Shown here in pieces: positions 11,523 to 26,370 of a stretch of DNA of 64,000 nucleotides. How positions within the stretch are numbered: the stretch's first letter is position 1; each line of letters opens with the position of its first letter. This DNA comes from Lama guanicoe (taxonomy: Eukaryota). The stretch spans positions 6,499,220 to 6,563,219 of the forward strand of contig MU054323.1 in NCBI GenBank assembly GCA_013239625.1. The letters run 5' to 3'. Both the position numbers and the translations under genes were made by a program. The notes under the pieces are model-generated. The model was not told the DNA's origin. It saw only the letters and a list, made by a program, of their open reading frames with translations, and searched no databases.

Positions 11523-14413
11523 CTTTACATGAAAGAAAATAATTTTGCATAATGTCTTAAAATATTTTTTACACAAAATAAAAACATAATAGAAGATCTT
11601 GTTCCTGGAAAGTTGAAGAAAAATTACATATTTCTTACACATTTAATCTTCTATAATTATATAGTTAGTTTACTGCAAAGAGATATTAGTAGGGGGTGTG
11701 GAGAAACTGTGGGGATCAAGGCAGATGGAGAAAATCAATTAATCAATCAATTAGTCAAGAAAGAAATATTGGACACATAGATCAAGCTGGGGAGTATGAC
11801 TAACAATTTCTCACACTCTCAAATTTCTTCCTATCAGCCAACCTCTGAGACTCAAGAAAAAAGGGGGAAAACCTGAAATGGAACTATTCAGAAAACAAAT
11901 CTAAAAATGGACTTGTTCAGAAAACACCTAAATTTCCTTCTCTTCTCTCCAGATTCTTCACAAGGACTGCTTTCCAGCTCTCATTCCCACTATTCTAGCT
12001 ATTCCTTATCTTCAGGATTTAGGCATTGCTGTGGAAATAGGAAATGCTTCTGGACAGATTAGCTATTTCTTATATTATCACTTAAAAGTCTTTGTCATTT
12101 GTTAGATAATAGAACATTTTTCCTATAAAGGGCCATGCTTCTGTACATGTTTCTTTGACGTCTGATGTAGCTGCAGCTTAGTTTCTAGCTGGTCACAATG
12201 ACCTATGATCAGACTCAGCTGTTCTAGTATTAGAACTAATGCTCATCGTAGCTCTTCTGTGCATCTGTTTTTCATGATCTTACAGGAGGCAGAGCTGTCA
12301 CCACTAAATTCAGCACCTTCTTCAAGCCTCCGTACACACTAACAGGGCAGTGGAGATTGTGACCAGATGCATCCCTGAGATTTGGGGGCATTTATGCCCC
12401 ACCAACGTGAAAGTCTGGCTTCATTCCATATCTCTACTCCCATAATTCCTGGAGGAATTTGGAAATCTCCAATAATTCCAACAACTAGAGAGCCACTTAG
12501 TCATCAACCCTTCCTCCTCATTTCCATAATATCTAATGCTTCATATTCCTGGTTCACTATCCCACGACAAGCTTCTCTCAACCCTTTGTAAACCCTCCCA
12601 TACCCTCTATCACTTCACAGAGTGCTTCCTCTAACACCTCCTGTATCTGATATCCGACTCTCCTTTGAGGGGCATGCTTCTCTTGCAGTCCTTACTTAAT
12701 TTCAACCAACATTCCTTTTCCCAGTTCCTCTGTAACTTTCCCTGACACTCTCCCATGCCTAGGATGACCCAATCTACCTTTATTTAAATTCCCATAGCAT
12801 TATAAACACCACTATCAGAGTACTTACCACATATTTACTGAGATAAAGAAAAGACTAGAGAGTTAGAATTATATAAAATTAAATTTTGGTAAAGTTTCTC
12901 ACGTGGAAACTTGTGGATGAGAAACTGGTCCACAGCCAGAAGATGCCTCAGAAGCTGGACTAAGGGCAAAGAGCCACATCTACAATGTGGAAACCTGACT
13001 ATTACCCATAGCTTGGACCAAGAAAGCAACATAGCTGGAGAAATGGTCAAGAAGTCGGGATACAGTACTAAGACACAGCTCCAGACCAATCCTACATCTG
13101 CTTCTGTTCTGATTCTTTCCCTCTACTAAAGTAGGATAATGTGTGAGGCTGATAAATGAAATGAAATGTGTTCTACTAATACGGTCTGCTGGCCTGAAAG
13201 GAATTGTGAGCAGTAAAGAGATACCAAGATACTTGCATGTGTCAACAGAAAATTCTGACACAGTGACTAGCTGTGGAGCCACTACACAGTTCCCTTGTGC
13301 AATGTTAAGTGGCACAAGTTAGGCAGCAAATAAAAGCCTTCTTCATTTGAACTTCATGGTCTCTACTTCTATATTATTCTAGTATCTTTTGTTAGGGGGT
13401 CACAAAAGTAGAAGTCTTGGAGTAGAGAGTATTATAGCTATTTGTTTAGCTCTGAATCTCCTATAGAATTATGAGAAATCTAGGTGCAAAGAGTAACCCC
13501 GAGTCTACCTGCATCACAGCCAACCATGACCACTCAATAAAAACATGTTACAAGTGGCTACTTGAAGCCATTAAGAGAAGGGAACTGCTATATGGTGATG
13601 TGTCATTCTTGATTCCACAGTAACTATTAGGTTTTTCATGGACATTACTCATCTACTCTTCTCCAAGGCAAAGAAATGTCAGTTCACTGATATTTGTTAA
13701 CTAATTATAATAATTTCTGACACTAGAGAACTTGGGAGAAACAGAAGAACATATTAGAAATAGTATCTTACTGATAGAAAAAAAATCATGCAAAGTCTCT
13801 AAATGGATGGTTCTATGATTCAGATACCACAGCTGTCTTACTTATTACGATATATGGAGGCAGTTGATATATCTCAGATATATACAAAGAGAACTGCACC
13901 AACCTGGCAGTTCTACATTCAGTATTTACCACGCCATAAAATTAAGTACTTGGTTTTTATGATTTTTCAGGAAACAATAATAGATTTACTATGGAGAGAA
14001 ATAATGAGTGCTTATTACCTGCAAAACATACTTGGCTCTTTAGCTACATTGTTTTATTTATAATTCTCAGTTACTTATGAGGTATGCATTAATGTTTCCA
14101 TTTTTCATATGGAAATATGGAGGTTTAGAAAAGTAAAGTGACTAAACCCAGGTCATCCTTGGATAATCAGTAGCAGATCAAGAATTCTAATCCAGGTCTG
14201 ACTCCAAAGTCCATATTTTTCACTAACAGAACATAAAATTGGTTACTACAAACCCAATCCTTAAAAGAAAAACTTCTAAAATTTATAATCTAATTAACAT
14301 CTTAGGATAATCATTTTATTCCTCTTAAATTTTCATAGTAAAACTGAAGATATGGGCCACAAAATCAGAATTCTAATAGCAACCTAGCATAATAAATTTA
14401 TCAGTGATATTAC

Positions 14414-14550
14414 CTTGTAGCCTCATCTTCTAGTTTCTTTTTCTGTATTAGCTCTGATCTTTTTCTTTCAATTTCTTTCAATTTGTCACGTTTGATCTTA
14501 TAAAGTTGTTCAAGGGCTAACTGCTGTGTATTGTAGCTTTCTCTCAGTTC
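14414..14550 (-). CDS. ITSN2: ITSN2 exon 18 ([45 protein letters not shown])
   Basis: 137 nt, CCTTAG| ... |GTAATA. Confidence 0.95.
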
Positions 14551-15339
14551 CTAAGGAGACAATAAAAAGAAGTCAATATGCCATTGATTGAAAAATCTTT
14601 GTCTCATGTAAAAATGTGACATTTGCATTAAATGATAAAAATCCTAAAGCAAGTGAAACTAAAGCAAAAAAAATGAAAAGTCTTAAAAAACATCTGGATG
14701 ATTTAAAAAATCTTGACTATAGCAAGTATTTAAGGTACGTAGCCACTGAGGACAAATACATGTTAAAATCATCTATTTTTGTACTAATTCATTTCTAAGG
14801 AACATAAAATCTTTCACAATTCTTTGACTTGGTACTTCATTTTCAATAAAAAAACAATCCATTAAAAAAAGGGGAAACAATGTGCTTCTCATAATACTTG
14901 AAGAGGAATTTTGCTTAATCATGTATTTAACATATGCAGTTTAACCAGGTTACCCATAATTTTTATTCAGTAAGATCTTGAACTAAACACAGAAGCAATT
15001 ACTAAATAATTCAATAACTATTCAATATTACTTTAATGTAAATACTAATTAAATATATTAAATAAGTCAATAACTAAAAGTGGAAAAGATAATGCCTACC
15101 TAAAACGACGTCTAGAATGAACCAAAATAATGAAAAGTATTCCAAACAGGAATTAAAATAAACAACTGTTTATTGAGCACCTAGTTCTGTGCAAAGTACT
15201 ATAAAGATTCACAGGGGATCCAATCCAACGCCACCTGACTCCTAAATCTATATATATAGTCTTTGCCTTCAAAGAGTTTATAATCTCAAAGTAGAGAAAA
15301 GTGCCAAAATCTGGGATACAATTAAGTGTCTTAGCAGAA

Positions 15340-15870
15340 ACTTGTAATAACCTGTTCAGCATTTTCTTGCCCTCTTCTTCTAACAGCACCCTTCCTCCTT
15401 TTAGGAAACTGATCTACCCCCCAACCTCACCCTTCTGTGTGGTTTTCCTGAGTGTCAAATTGACTTCTCCTGCCCCTTCCACCCAAGTGTGGTCACTTGA
15501 TCTAAACATCACAGCACCTCATGTCCCTGGCTCAAAGGACATGCACATATCTGAGCTGGGCCAGAATCCCCTCCTGCAATTCAGATATATTAAAGACCAG
15601 AGAAAGAAGTTTTTCTTTTTCTAAGCTCATTAAATTGGGATAAGGCAAACTTGGAGCTGCCCCACTTCCTGGTGAGGCCATCAGGGGTAGGAATGAAGTC
15701 AGCACAGGAAAGCGAGGAGAGGGAACACAGGGAAACAAAATCTCCAAATTCATTTCTGTGTCTAGGAACTGCACCTTCTATTGCTTCAGTCAGTGGTCCT
15801 AGTACTCTTCCAATAACCACTCTTTTTAGCTTAACTATTCTGAAGTGAGTTTCTTTTACTTGGAATCTAT
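15340..15870 (+). mobile_element. Old LTR (LTR16/MLT1-like)
   Basis: GC-richer block ending TTTTAGCTTAA...GAGTTTCTTTTACTTGGAA. Confidence 0.45.
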
Positions 15871-16354
15871 AGAATCCTGAACTAGAGAGGAGAAAAAGGC
15901 TGGAATAAAGAAGATAAAAAACCTAAAAACAAACAAAAATCCCCACAAACCATAAACTAATCAAAAGAGGCTTCACAGCAAAGGTGAGAGCTAAGACAAG
16001 ATTTGGATACAATGTTTTCGTAAAAGATGTTTTGGGGCATCTACCCCCACACAAAAACAAAACTCCAAATCAAATACAAACAAGCACAACCCAAACTCCA
16101 TTTCTTTTCAGAAATAAAATATTTTATATTTATTTAACTTGATTGAAATGGTAGATCTGTTCTGAGTAAATGTGGTATCCATAGACTAGGTCCAAAATGT
16201 CCAAGATCAAGACTGGCAGCTTAAGACAATAATAATACAAATACTGCATTCACAGCAAAGCTTCCACAGACCTCAGCTTCTATAGCTCTCTTTGTTGCAC
16301 CTTTCTCTAAATTCTATTGAAAAGCAGAAGAATGCGGCGGTTACAATCTATGGA

Positions 16355-16615
16355 GAAGCAGTGTGGTTTAGTGATAAGGACTCCAGGAGCACAGGCCTGG
16401 AATAAGACTGCCAAGATCTGAATCAGGCTCTGTCAGTGACAAGCTGAGCAATCTTAAGGAAGCTACTTTGCTGTTTCCTCAAATGTAACATGGGGTTAAT
16501 TATAGCACATGCCTACAATATTGTTGTGAGGACTGAATGGGTAGATACACATAAAGTGCTTACAACAGTGCAGGACAGACAATAAATCCTCAATAAACAT
16601 TAGCTATTATTATTG
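16355..16615 (+). mobile_element. MIR SINE; further MIR relics near 5900-6130, 9925-10150, 14000-14225, 18150-18340, 31675-31900, 49510-49740 and 56800-57430
   Basis: Core TGTTTCCTCAAATGTAACATGGGG...GTTGTGAGGACTGAATG...CTCAATAAACATTAGCTATTATTATT. Confidence 0.7.
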
Positions 16616-17169
16616 GCTATAGTCATTAAAAAGGAGAATTGTAAGTTTAAAAGGAGAGTAAAGAGGAGGCAAATTAATGTCTGATTTTAATTGGCTGCAA
16701 GGTTAGCCCTCTAACTTGTCCTATAAAATACTGCTCTGCTCCGTCTTCCTTCATTAGCCCAGTCCTCCAGTGTCTGAATTAATGAGTTTCCTTGTGCTCC
16801 CCAAGGCATTCTGTGCATTCCTCTACCACAGTCAGAGTATGTGACTTCTGACTGTATGACTATCTCTCCACTGGAGCGAGCTTCTTGACAATAGGACTGT
16901 CTTTCACCAAGAGAGACCCTGGTACAATGAAGTTATTTAATTAGTATTTGCTGGATGAAAATACATAAATAATAGCCTATGCATATTAATAAGATCTGAA
17001 GAGCACCAAAGGGGTTTCCAAGAAATACTTCCTCTGCATGACTACAATGATTCTAGAAATTCTTATCATTAGACTCATTCCTCTGAGTTAAGTCACACTT
17101 TCAGGATTATCAGTTAACTGAGAACAACAGTCTGCATTTATGAACATAACTGCTTTCAGTTTCAATACA

Positions 17170-18150
17170 ATAAAAAATCATCTTTTCAGGTTTAGGAAGT
17201 TCTATTCCTAATATGCCAATAACTTTTTCATTTTTTTAATCATAAATTGGTGTTAAATTTTATCAGATATCTTTTCTGCACTTAGTGAGACAAGCATACC
17301 ATTTTCTCCTTTAATGTTTATATGACAAATTATAGTAAACATTTTTATATGTCAAATCATCTTTGCATGGCTAAGATAAATCCAACTTGGTCATAATGCA
17401 GTATCCTTCTAATAAATTTCCACATTCAACTATTGAATATCGTTTAGAATTTTTGCCTCAATGTTAAATTGGCCTACAATTATCCTTTCTTCTACTATTA
17501 TCAAATTTTGATGTTGCGGGTGGGTATAGCTCAGTGGCAGGGTGCATGTTTAGCATGCATGGGGTCACGGGTTCTATTCCCAGGACCTCTGTTAAATAAA
17601 AAGAAAATAATAATAAGTAAGCCTAGTTACCCTCCCCACAAAACAAAAAACACCAACAAAATTTTTTTTGATGTTTATGACAACTTCATATGATGAGTTG
17701 GAAATATTCCCTCTTCTTCTGTATTTTGAAATAGCTGTAGAAGACTGGCGTGATTTGTTCCTTCAGTAAAAACTCTGGGTCTGCATTCTCTTTTAAAGAA
17801 GATTTTAAACTACAGAATTAAAATACTTCATGACGATAGCGCTAGTCATAATATCCCCTTCTCTTTTATTGTTTGCAATATATTTAGTTATATCTCCTTT
17901 TCATCCCTTTCTTATTTCTGCTTTTTTTTGAATCAGTCTTGCCAAAGGTTTGTTAATTTTATTAATCTTTAAGAGTCAATTTTTGGCTTTCCTGACTCTT
18001 GGTATTAAATTTTTGTCTTCTGTTTCATTAATTTCCTTCTACTTTTTTTTCCTTTATTATGCTAGTCTTTTTTTATTTAGCTTCTTAAATTGAACACTTA
18101 AGCTTACAATTTTCATCTTTTTTCTCCTAATATAACCATTTAAGGTCAAA
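17170..18150 (-). mobile_element. Old L1 (L1M/L1ME-type) fragment interrupted by a SINE
   Basis: T-rich decayed L1 motifs (TTCTATTCCTA, ATAAATCCAACTTGGTCATAATG, CAGTCTTGCCAAAGGTTTG). Confidence 0.55.
17516..17660 (+). mobile_element. tRNA-Ala-derived SINE (Vic-1-like)
   Basis: GGGTATAGCTCAGTGGCAGGGTGCATGTTTAGCATG...GGTTCTATTCC, A-rich tail; flanked by AAATTTT(T)GATGTT repeats. Confidence 0.8.
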
Positions 18151-18799
18151 TCCTGACTATCTGGGTTGGATTTCTGCTTGCCAGCTGTGTGACCGTGGGC
18201 AACTTAATTTACTTCTATGTGAAATGTGAATAAAGAACTTACATCACAGGGTTAATGTAAGGATTAAACAAATTAATATAAGCAAAGCATTTAGAAGAGT
18301 GTCAGTCACAGAGAAAACTTTCAATAAACCCTACCTATGATTAGTATATCTTGATTTATGAATTAGAAAATAGCTATTAACTCCTGATATGGAAGATAAG
18401 GAATCTGCTCATTTGTACTATCCTGCCGCCCCGATCTCCTCTCCATTTCCCAGTGTTTGGCTGTGCTACTTAGTACCTTCATAACTTAAAAATATGCTTA
18501 ATCTACTACTTTATGTTCATAAATACACTTAGCAACATTTTAGAATTCTAAATTTTTCTCCAATTTTATATTTTGAACACTTTCAGACCTATAAAAATCT
18601 GACTAAGTTGCAGGTGCTGGTGCTTTTATCACCCCCAGAACTCCATCATTACTCTGGGGAACTACAGCGTCAAGGTCAGCACCAAAGTAAAGAAATTTAA
18701 CAGTGATGTAATAGTTTTACTTAAAACAGAGCTCATATTAAAAAATGTTCCCAATAGTATAAATATTGCCCTTAAGAACAGCTTTTTCTCTTTCTATTT

Positions 18800-20767
18800 T
18801 TAGGTTTATTTGTTTATTGAAGTATAGTTGATTTAAACTGTTGTGTTAATTTCAGGTATACAGCAAAGTGATTCAATTATACATATACATATATATTATT
18901 TTTCAGATTCTTTTCCATTGTAGATTATTACAAGATATTGAATTTAGTTCCTTGTGCTATACAGTAGGTCCTTGTTTATCTATTTTATATATAGTAGTGT
19001 GTATAGGTTAATCCCAAACTCCTAATTTATCCCTCTCCCATAACCCTTTCCCCCTTGGTAACCATAGTTTGTTTTCTATGTCTGTAAGCCTATTTCTGGT
19101 TTGTAAATAAGTTCATTTGTATCATTTTCTTTTCAGATTCCACATGTAAGTGATATCTGTCTTTGTCTGACTTATTTCACTCAATATGATAATCCATCCA
19201 TCCATGTTGTTGCAAATGGCATTATTTCATTTTTTATGGTTGAGTAATATTTCACTGTATAAATTGACTACGTCATCTTTATGCAATCATTTGTTGATAG
19301 ACATTTGGGTTGCTCCCATGTCTTGGCTATTGTTAAGTAGTGCTGCCATGAACATTGGGGTCCATGTATCTTTTTGAATTATAGTTTTATCCCAATATAT
19401 ACCCAGGAATGGGACTGCTGGATCACATGGTAACTGTATTTTTAGCTTTTTAAGGAAACTCTATCCTGTCCTCAATAGTGGCTGCACCAAACTACATACC
19501 CACCAACAATGTAGGAAGGTTCCCTTTTCTCCATACCCTCTCCAGCATTTATTTGTAGACTTTTTGATGACAGCAGTTCTCACCAGTGTGAGGTGATATC
19601 TCACTGTAGTTCTGATTTGCATCTCTCTAATAATTAGTGATGTTGAGCGTCTTTTCATGTGCTTATTGGATATCTGCATGTCTCCTTTGAAGAAATGAGT
19701 ATTTAGGTCTTCTATTTTTGATGGGGTTATTTGTTTTTCTGATATTAAGCTGTATGAGCTGTTTGTATATTTTGGAAATTAATCCCTTGTTGGTCTCATT
19801 GTTTGCAAACATTTTCTCCCATTCCATAGGTTGTTGTTTAGTTTTACTTATGGTTTCCTTTGCTGTGCAAAAGCTTTTAAGTATAATCAGCTCCCATTTG
19901 TTTATGTTTGCTTTTATTTCCGTTACTCTAAAAACAGATTGAAAAAAATACTGCTGCGATTTATGTCAAAGAGTGTTCTGCCTATGTTTTCCTTTAGGAG
20001 TTTTAGAGTATCTGGTCTTATATTTAGGTCTTTAATCCACTTAGAGTTAATTTTTGTATATGGTATTAGAGATTGTTCTAATTTCATTCTTCTACATATA
20101 GCTGTCCAGTTTTCCCAGCACCACTTATTGAAGAGACTATCTTTCCTCCATTATATATTCTTACTTCCTTTGTTGTACATTAACTGACGATAAGTGTATG
20201 GGTTTCTTTCTGGCCTTTCTATCCTGTTCTATGTGTCTGTTTTTGTGCCAGTACCATGCTGTTTTGATTACTATAGCTTTGTAGTACAGCATGAAGTCAG
20301 GGAGTGTAATTCCCTCAGCTCTGTTCATCTTTTTCAAAATTATTTTGGCTATTCAGGGTCTTCTGTGTTTCCATACAAATTAAAAAAAATTTTGTTTCAG
20401 TTTTGTGAAAAATGCCATTGGTAGTTTGATAGGGATTGTACTAAATCTGTAGATTGTCTTGGGCAGTATGGCCATTTTAACAATACTGATTCTTCCAATC
20501 CAAGAGCATGGTATATCTTTGCATCTGTTTGTGTCATCCTCAATTTCTTTCATTAATGTCTGATGGTTTGGGGGGTATAGGTTTTTTGCCTCCTTATTAG
20601 GTAGGTTTATTCCTAGGTATTTCATTCTTTTTGATGTAATGGTAAAATGGAATTGTTTCCTTAATTTCTCTTTCTGATATTTCATTGTTAGTGTATAGAA
20701 GTACAGACTGATTTCTGTATTTTAGTTTTGTATCCTGCAACTTTACCAAATTCATTGATGAGCTCTC
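18800..20767 (-). mobile_element. LINE-1, about 2-kb 3' fragment (ORF2 C-terminal remnant plus 3'UTR), same orientation as ITSN2
   Basis: ORF-track remnants KYLGINL...[19 protein letters not shown] and [25 protein letters not shown]...HCWW are L1 ORF2 motifs; frameshifted. Confidence 0.92.
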
Positions 20768-20789
20768 CCAGCCCACCTTTTTTTTGATT

Positions 20790-21670
20790 CATGATTTGAT
20801 CAAGGGAAATCTGATAAATGTGAGTGTATCTAAATACTGACAGCATAAAACAATAATAATAAAAATGTCTTATACAGTTGAAAATATGACATGAATAACA
20901 CAAAGGTGGGAGTGAGAGAGACATGGGCAGTAAATGGAGTTAAAAGTATCCTAAGTAGTGCATTATCCAGGAAGTAGTGAAATTAGTAAATTATATTAGA
21001 CTTTAAGAAATCAAGGATGCTTACTGTAATCTCTTAGATATCCAACAGAGAAGTGGAAGAAGGTATAACTATCACACTAATAGAGGAGGAAAAATTGATT
21101 TAAAAATACTTGGTCAAAAAGAGGGTAACAAAACAGAAAAAAAGGAACACAAAATGGGAGAGACAAATAGACAACAAAGAGAAAAATGGTAGACTTAAAT
21201 CCAAAGTTTTTAGTAATTACAATAAAAGCAAACAGACTAAATATGTCAATTAACATACAAAGACTGGATTTAAAAACTGACTATATGGTATTTAAAAGAC
21301 ACAACATAAAGATAAAGATATATACAGGTTAAAAATAAGAAGATTAAATATACAGGTTAAAAATAAGAAGATTGAAAAATACCTATTATGCTAAACTCTA
21401 ACCAAAAGTAAGCTGGCATAGTTAAACTACTATCAGAAAAAGTAGATTTTTCAGGCAAGAAGTATTTCTAGAGGAACATCTCATAATGATAAAAGGGTCT
21501 ACTCCCAGCAGCTATAACGATTCTAAATCTGTATGTACCTAGTAATACAGCCTCAAAATCTGTAAAGAAAAATCCAACAAAACTAAAGAGGAAAAGACAA
21601 ATCCATAATCAAAGTGGAAGATTTTATCATATCAATCTCTGTAACTGACAGAATAAGCAGACAAGAAAAT
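20790..21670 (+). mobile_element. Old L1 fragment, inter-ORF and endonuclease region
   Basis: A-rich; ATGGTAGACTTAAATCC...TAATTACAATAAA...; CTCATAATGATAAAAGGGTC; ATCCATAATCAAAGTGGAAGATTTT resemble L1 endonuclease codons. Confidence 0.6.
21320..21373. repeat. Tandem duplication with 28-nt period (ATATACAGGTTAAAAATAAGAAGATT x2)
   Basis: Two exact 26-nt copies at 21320-21345 and 21348-21373. Confidence 0.85.
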
Positions 21671-21703
21671 CAGCATATCCAATCACCTATCTTCCTTCTG
21701 GTG

Positions 21704-22211
21704 CAGGGGTTCTTAATATGAGGCTACAGACCTTTCAAGGGTTTTTTGTTGTTTTTAAATAGAATTTAGGGGTCCATGAACTTGGACAGGAACAAAATTA
21801 ATCTTTACTTTCACTAACCTCTATTTGAAATACAGTATGTGCTTCAATTCCAAATATAAGCAACAGACCACAGTACATTAGCTACATTTGTGACATTTTT
21901 CAACAACACAAATCACAGATATTTTCATATTCTAGTACAGATAACCTGATAAATACATTACTTCATGACTTCAAAATTATGGTACTATTAGATGTCACCA
22001 GACCTTATTTAAAATCATTAATATAGATATAGAAGCACATACATTATAATATCACAGATTTGTTTTTAAAAAATATTCTGTCACTCATAATTTGATTTTG
22101 TCATCCTGTATATTTCATTTTATACATTTAAAACATTATTCTGAGAAGGGGTCCAGAGGCTTCACCAAACTGTTGAAGAGTCGATGGCACAAAAAGGGTT
22201 AAGAGCCTCTG
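21704..22211. mobile_element. hAT-Charlie non-autonomous element (Charlie4a-like)
   Basis: TIRs CAGGGGTTCTTAA / TTAAGAGCCTCTG, 508 bp. Confidence 0.75.
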
Positions 22212-25200
22212 TTTTAGTAACAAATATTTATAACCCATGTGGCCCAGCAGCTCTTAGGCCCACACTTCCTACTATTATACACCACATTGGAAAAAAGAGC
22301 TTCCCAAGGTAGACCTCAAATTCTCTGAAGTAAGGGAGGGAATACTTCCTTAGCCCTTATATTATGGGTTTGGGAAATGTTTTCTCTAACATCTAGTATA
22401 TAGCTCATTCAAGTTTTTACTTACAATCCAAAGGGCTTGTGCTCCTGATCCCCAAATTAGTTAGCCTTATTGTCACCTGTATAATCAAGAAATCTCACCT
22501 TGCTACTAATGTAGGTTACCCCAGATCCTTGAGAGCACATGGTAAGAAGAAACTAACCCACTGGAGTAGGCCACAGTTCTGGTGCTGACAGACTCTATCT
22601 TCTTTCTAAGGAAAAGTATTTCCCTAACCATTATCCAAAATCAACAGTGGTTACTTTCCAACGCACTAAAGATATTCTGGAGATTCAGGATAATCCCTTC
22701 CCTAACAACAACAAACTATATAGCACATAACAGCTCACAAAGCACTTCAATATATATGCTATCTCATTTAATCATCATAGGACTCTGCGAAGAAGGCAGA
22801 GCAGATATTGCCAGCTTCATTTCATAAAGGAAGAAAGCAAAAACTGAAAGTTTAATAACAAAATTACACAATTAGAAAGTGGCATGAATAGGACTAGAAC
22901 TCATTTCTTCACTTCGGCCTCCTAGATCAGTACTTTTTTCATTGTACCTCACTGCTAAAGATATGTTACTCTGTGAATCTCCCTAGTGGAATAATGGCCT
23001 GTCAAATACCTCATCTTTCAATGAACTGGCTTTGCTATTTGTCTTAGTGTGACTTAAGTAAAAGAGTGAAAATTACGACTAGTCCTGTACACGTCTATTA
23101 GAGGGCCCCCAAAACATAATTTTATCAGGTAAGTAACTTTAAATGTTACACTTCTGTTTCACGACAAGCAGACTAAAGGAGTGATCATTTCAGATGCCCC
23201 AAAGGACCACAGAATTAGAACTGCCTGTCTTCCTTCAAGGCTACTAGGACCAATTCTATCTCACATGCCAATCAATCTAGTCTTTCTTGTCATCCTTTAC
23301 CATCTGAATTCTCATCTCTATAATGCTGTTTATCCCTTGATCTGACCCAATCCCTCATCTTTCCTCTCCTCAGCACTGCCTTGCAGCTGCTTCTCTTTGG
23401 TCAAAAAACATCCACATATCCACATATCTTCTCTGAATGGAAATTCCCTTACCTCCTTGCCTTTTTGGCTGATCCTTTAGGACACTGCTTTTCTTCTATT
23501 TCCCTCGCAGCTTATTATCACATAGTACTCCATTTACATCAAGGATAGTTTCAGTATTTTCTGTGCTCTTTGCTGCCAATTCCAGACTATTGTTTCTTCT
23601 CACTCTGACAAACTCTATGCTTTTCTGAGGCTCAGAATACCACCCAGCAGTACCACCCTCCCCTTCCTCTTTACTGCCATCTATCCATCACCTGGTCTCT
23701 GATCCTCATTCATTCATTTTCACTGCTCTTCCAGTCTTCTGACATCCACATGGATGACCCCATGAGAACCTCAACTCTCAGGCTGATCTCCTCAGTAATG
23801 ACCTTTTTTTACTCCATTTAATCCATCATTTGCATTATTACGTCCTGAATCTTGCCATCATCACAAAGAGAACTACCACCGATCAAACATTCCATTCTTC
23901 AAACATGAACTCTTATCCTTCAAGCTTTTCTTATACCTGATACAGCCATATCAGTAGTTCTCTAACCTCACTGAGACCTCCATTCTGGGACCTCACCATT
24001 CTCTCTTCTTTCATCAGCACCCTTTCCTCTCTTCATATCTCTTCATGTCGTCATATGACTTCATGTCAGAGTTCACCTTTCTCATAATTATTGTGTCAAG
24101 ATCTGTCCCTCCCTCATCCCTCCCTCTTTGCCCATGTCTATTAAAACCTCAAACCTGTATGAACCTATTTTATCAGCCTTTTCTGTGCATAAGCCTAAGC
24201 AGCTGAACTTTGGTGGAGAAAAAACTTAATTAGGCATGCTGTTTTCAATTTAGATTCATAACCTCCAACTTCGAATAGGCACTCAACATTGCTCAGGACA
24301 CCTACTGTTTTGCTGTACTAAACTTGCAATCCTCAGTGCCACTGAGATGTATAATTCATGCTTACTTTTCTCTCCGGAAATTTCCTAATCTTCCATCCAT
24401 TCTTTTCATTATCAGCCAATAATCTTGTCTCATTAAGTCAGACTAGAACTCCCTAATCTTTCCATTTCAAAAGCAATAAAATTTCCTGCATCTGCATCCA
24501 TCTCCTTTTAGTCTAGTCTGAGTTATTCATGTCCTCAACTACCCATGAAGATTCCTTGTAATGATCCAACTTACTTCTGATTTTAAGTTTTGAAGCTGTC
24601 AACTTCCCATTCTCCACCAACAAATTAAACTGAATTCACACCTACCTTATCTCCATATGTTACACTGGAAGTATTCTTTTTATCTTATCCTTTAATCTAT
24701 GCTCTAGATTGTATCTTAATCTGCTTCCTCGGGATTCAGCTCTACAATGATCACCACTTCAGTCAGCAGTACTCAATCTCTCACTCTTCTCCTCCTTCCT
24801 TTCCTGTCCCTTCACTATCTCCTTTGAGTCTTGTCTTTCTTTTCTATTCTTTTTCTGAGGATTTTTTTTGAAAAAATAGCCTTTACTTAAAAGAATAAAC
24901 TACATGGAATCAGAAGTGTTTCTAAAATCTGGGATATATGGTTTTCTGCTGTTTTTCTACTAATTGTCTTTCTACTTTTTTCTCATAAACTCTATACTAA
25001 CTCTAAATAAATGCTGCATATTTTCTGACTGGGAACATTCAAAACCATTCATCCATTTAAGTAGATATTGCCTTTCCAGTATGTCATGCAAAGCATGACA
25101 CTCCACGCACTGTTCTAGGTGCTGGGAATTCAGCAACAAAATATTTGGCTTGAACCTGGTAATCACGACTAACACAATGACATGGATATGGCTAGTTACC

Positions 25201-25324
25201 TAACAAGCTCAATTTCTCCACTTCCATTCTTCTGTCCTAACAGAAACTATACCTTCCTCATGTATCCATATGCCACACAGAAAGGTGATACCCCTTTCAA
25301 GGGTGGTCCCAATTATTCTTCAAT

Positions 25325-25640
25325 TTTTTTAACTTTATTAAGGTATAATTGATAAATAAAAATCATAAAACTTGCTGTTTCAATACATGTATACACTGTG
25401 AAATGATTCCCCAAATCGAGCTAATTAACACACCCATCTCCTCACAGTTACCGTTCCCTCCTTCCCTCCCTTCCTTTCTCTTCTTTCTCCCTCCCAACTC
25501 TTTCTGTGGTGAGAATGCTTAAGATCTATCCCCTTAGAAAATTTCAACTATACAATACAGTATTGTTAACTACAGTTACCATGCTGTACATTAGACTTCA
25601 CAACTTACTCATCTTCATAACTAAAACTTTGTATCTTGTC
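25325..25640 (-). mobile_element. L1MA-type 3' end
   Basis: GTGGTGAGAATGCTTAAGATCTA...TATACAATACAGTATTGTTAACTACAGTTACCATGCTGTACATTAGA. Confidence 0.65.
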
Positions 25641-26370
25641 AAGCCTTCCTTAAACCAAAAAAAAAAATTTTTTTTCCCCTCTCATGCTCTCTTTCACTCT
25701 CCTAAAGAGTTGTTCACACTCACTTCACCTCTCTTCAGCTCCCATTCATTCCTGATCTGCCACAATCCAACTTCTGCTGGTCACTCAACTAAGATGGCAC
25801 TTTCAGAAAGGTCTTGAAAGGTCTCCTTGTTGGCAATTCAATGGATATTTTTCAGTACTAAGTTAACTGACTGTTCTGTATCATTTCCAATGACTACAGA
25901 AAGCCTCTTGTTTTCTGTGACAACAGTTTGTTTCCTGAACTCTCTGACAGTACAGGTTTCATCCCTTTTTAGATTCCTAGGTTGCCTCTGATGAAAGTGT
26001 CAACAAGCAGTGAAAAGCTGGAAGGCAGGAAGCAGAAGGAAGAAAGTAAAATAAGAGACAAGATAATCTGCTGGCCTGTGGAGAATCAAATGAAAGAATC
26101 AGACTTCTGAGTGTGGGTACAGTCCACAAATCATCATCAAACTTCATTGGACACATGAAGAAACTTAGGTTTAAATCTCTCGGTGATCTGTAGCAAAGTT
26201 CTAAGACGAGATAATCTGGCCATTCATGCTATAACCATGAAGGAAAGGCTGATACCATACCATCCTTTCAATGTGCCCTACCTTTGCTTAGGTAACAAAG
26301 GAGCTCTGCTTATCATGTTCCTGTCTTTACTGTGTATGTATAGGCAACTGCCCTATTGCCATCCACTTTA

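Noticed and set aside
11263..11550. 95-aa Lys/Arg-rich ORF on the minus strand
   Set aside because: It is a shifted reading of the A/G-rich exon 19, with no independent start context.
19186..20424. Cluster of hydrophobic plus-strand ORFs
   Set aside because: These are antisense readings of L1 ORF2 and 3'UTR, a common artefact.
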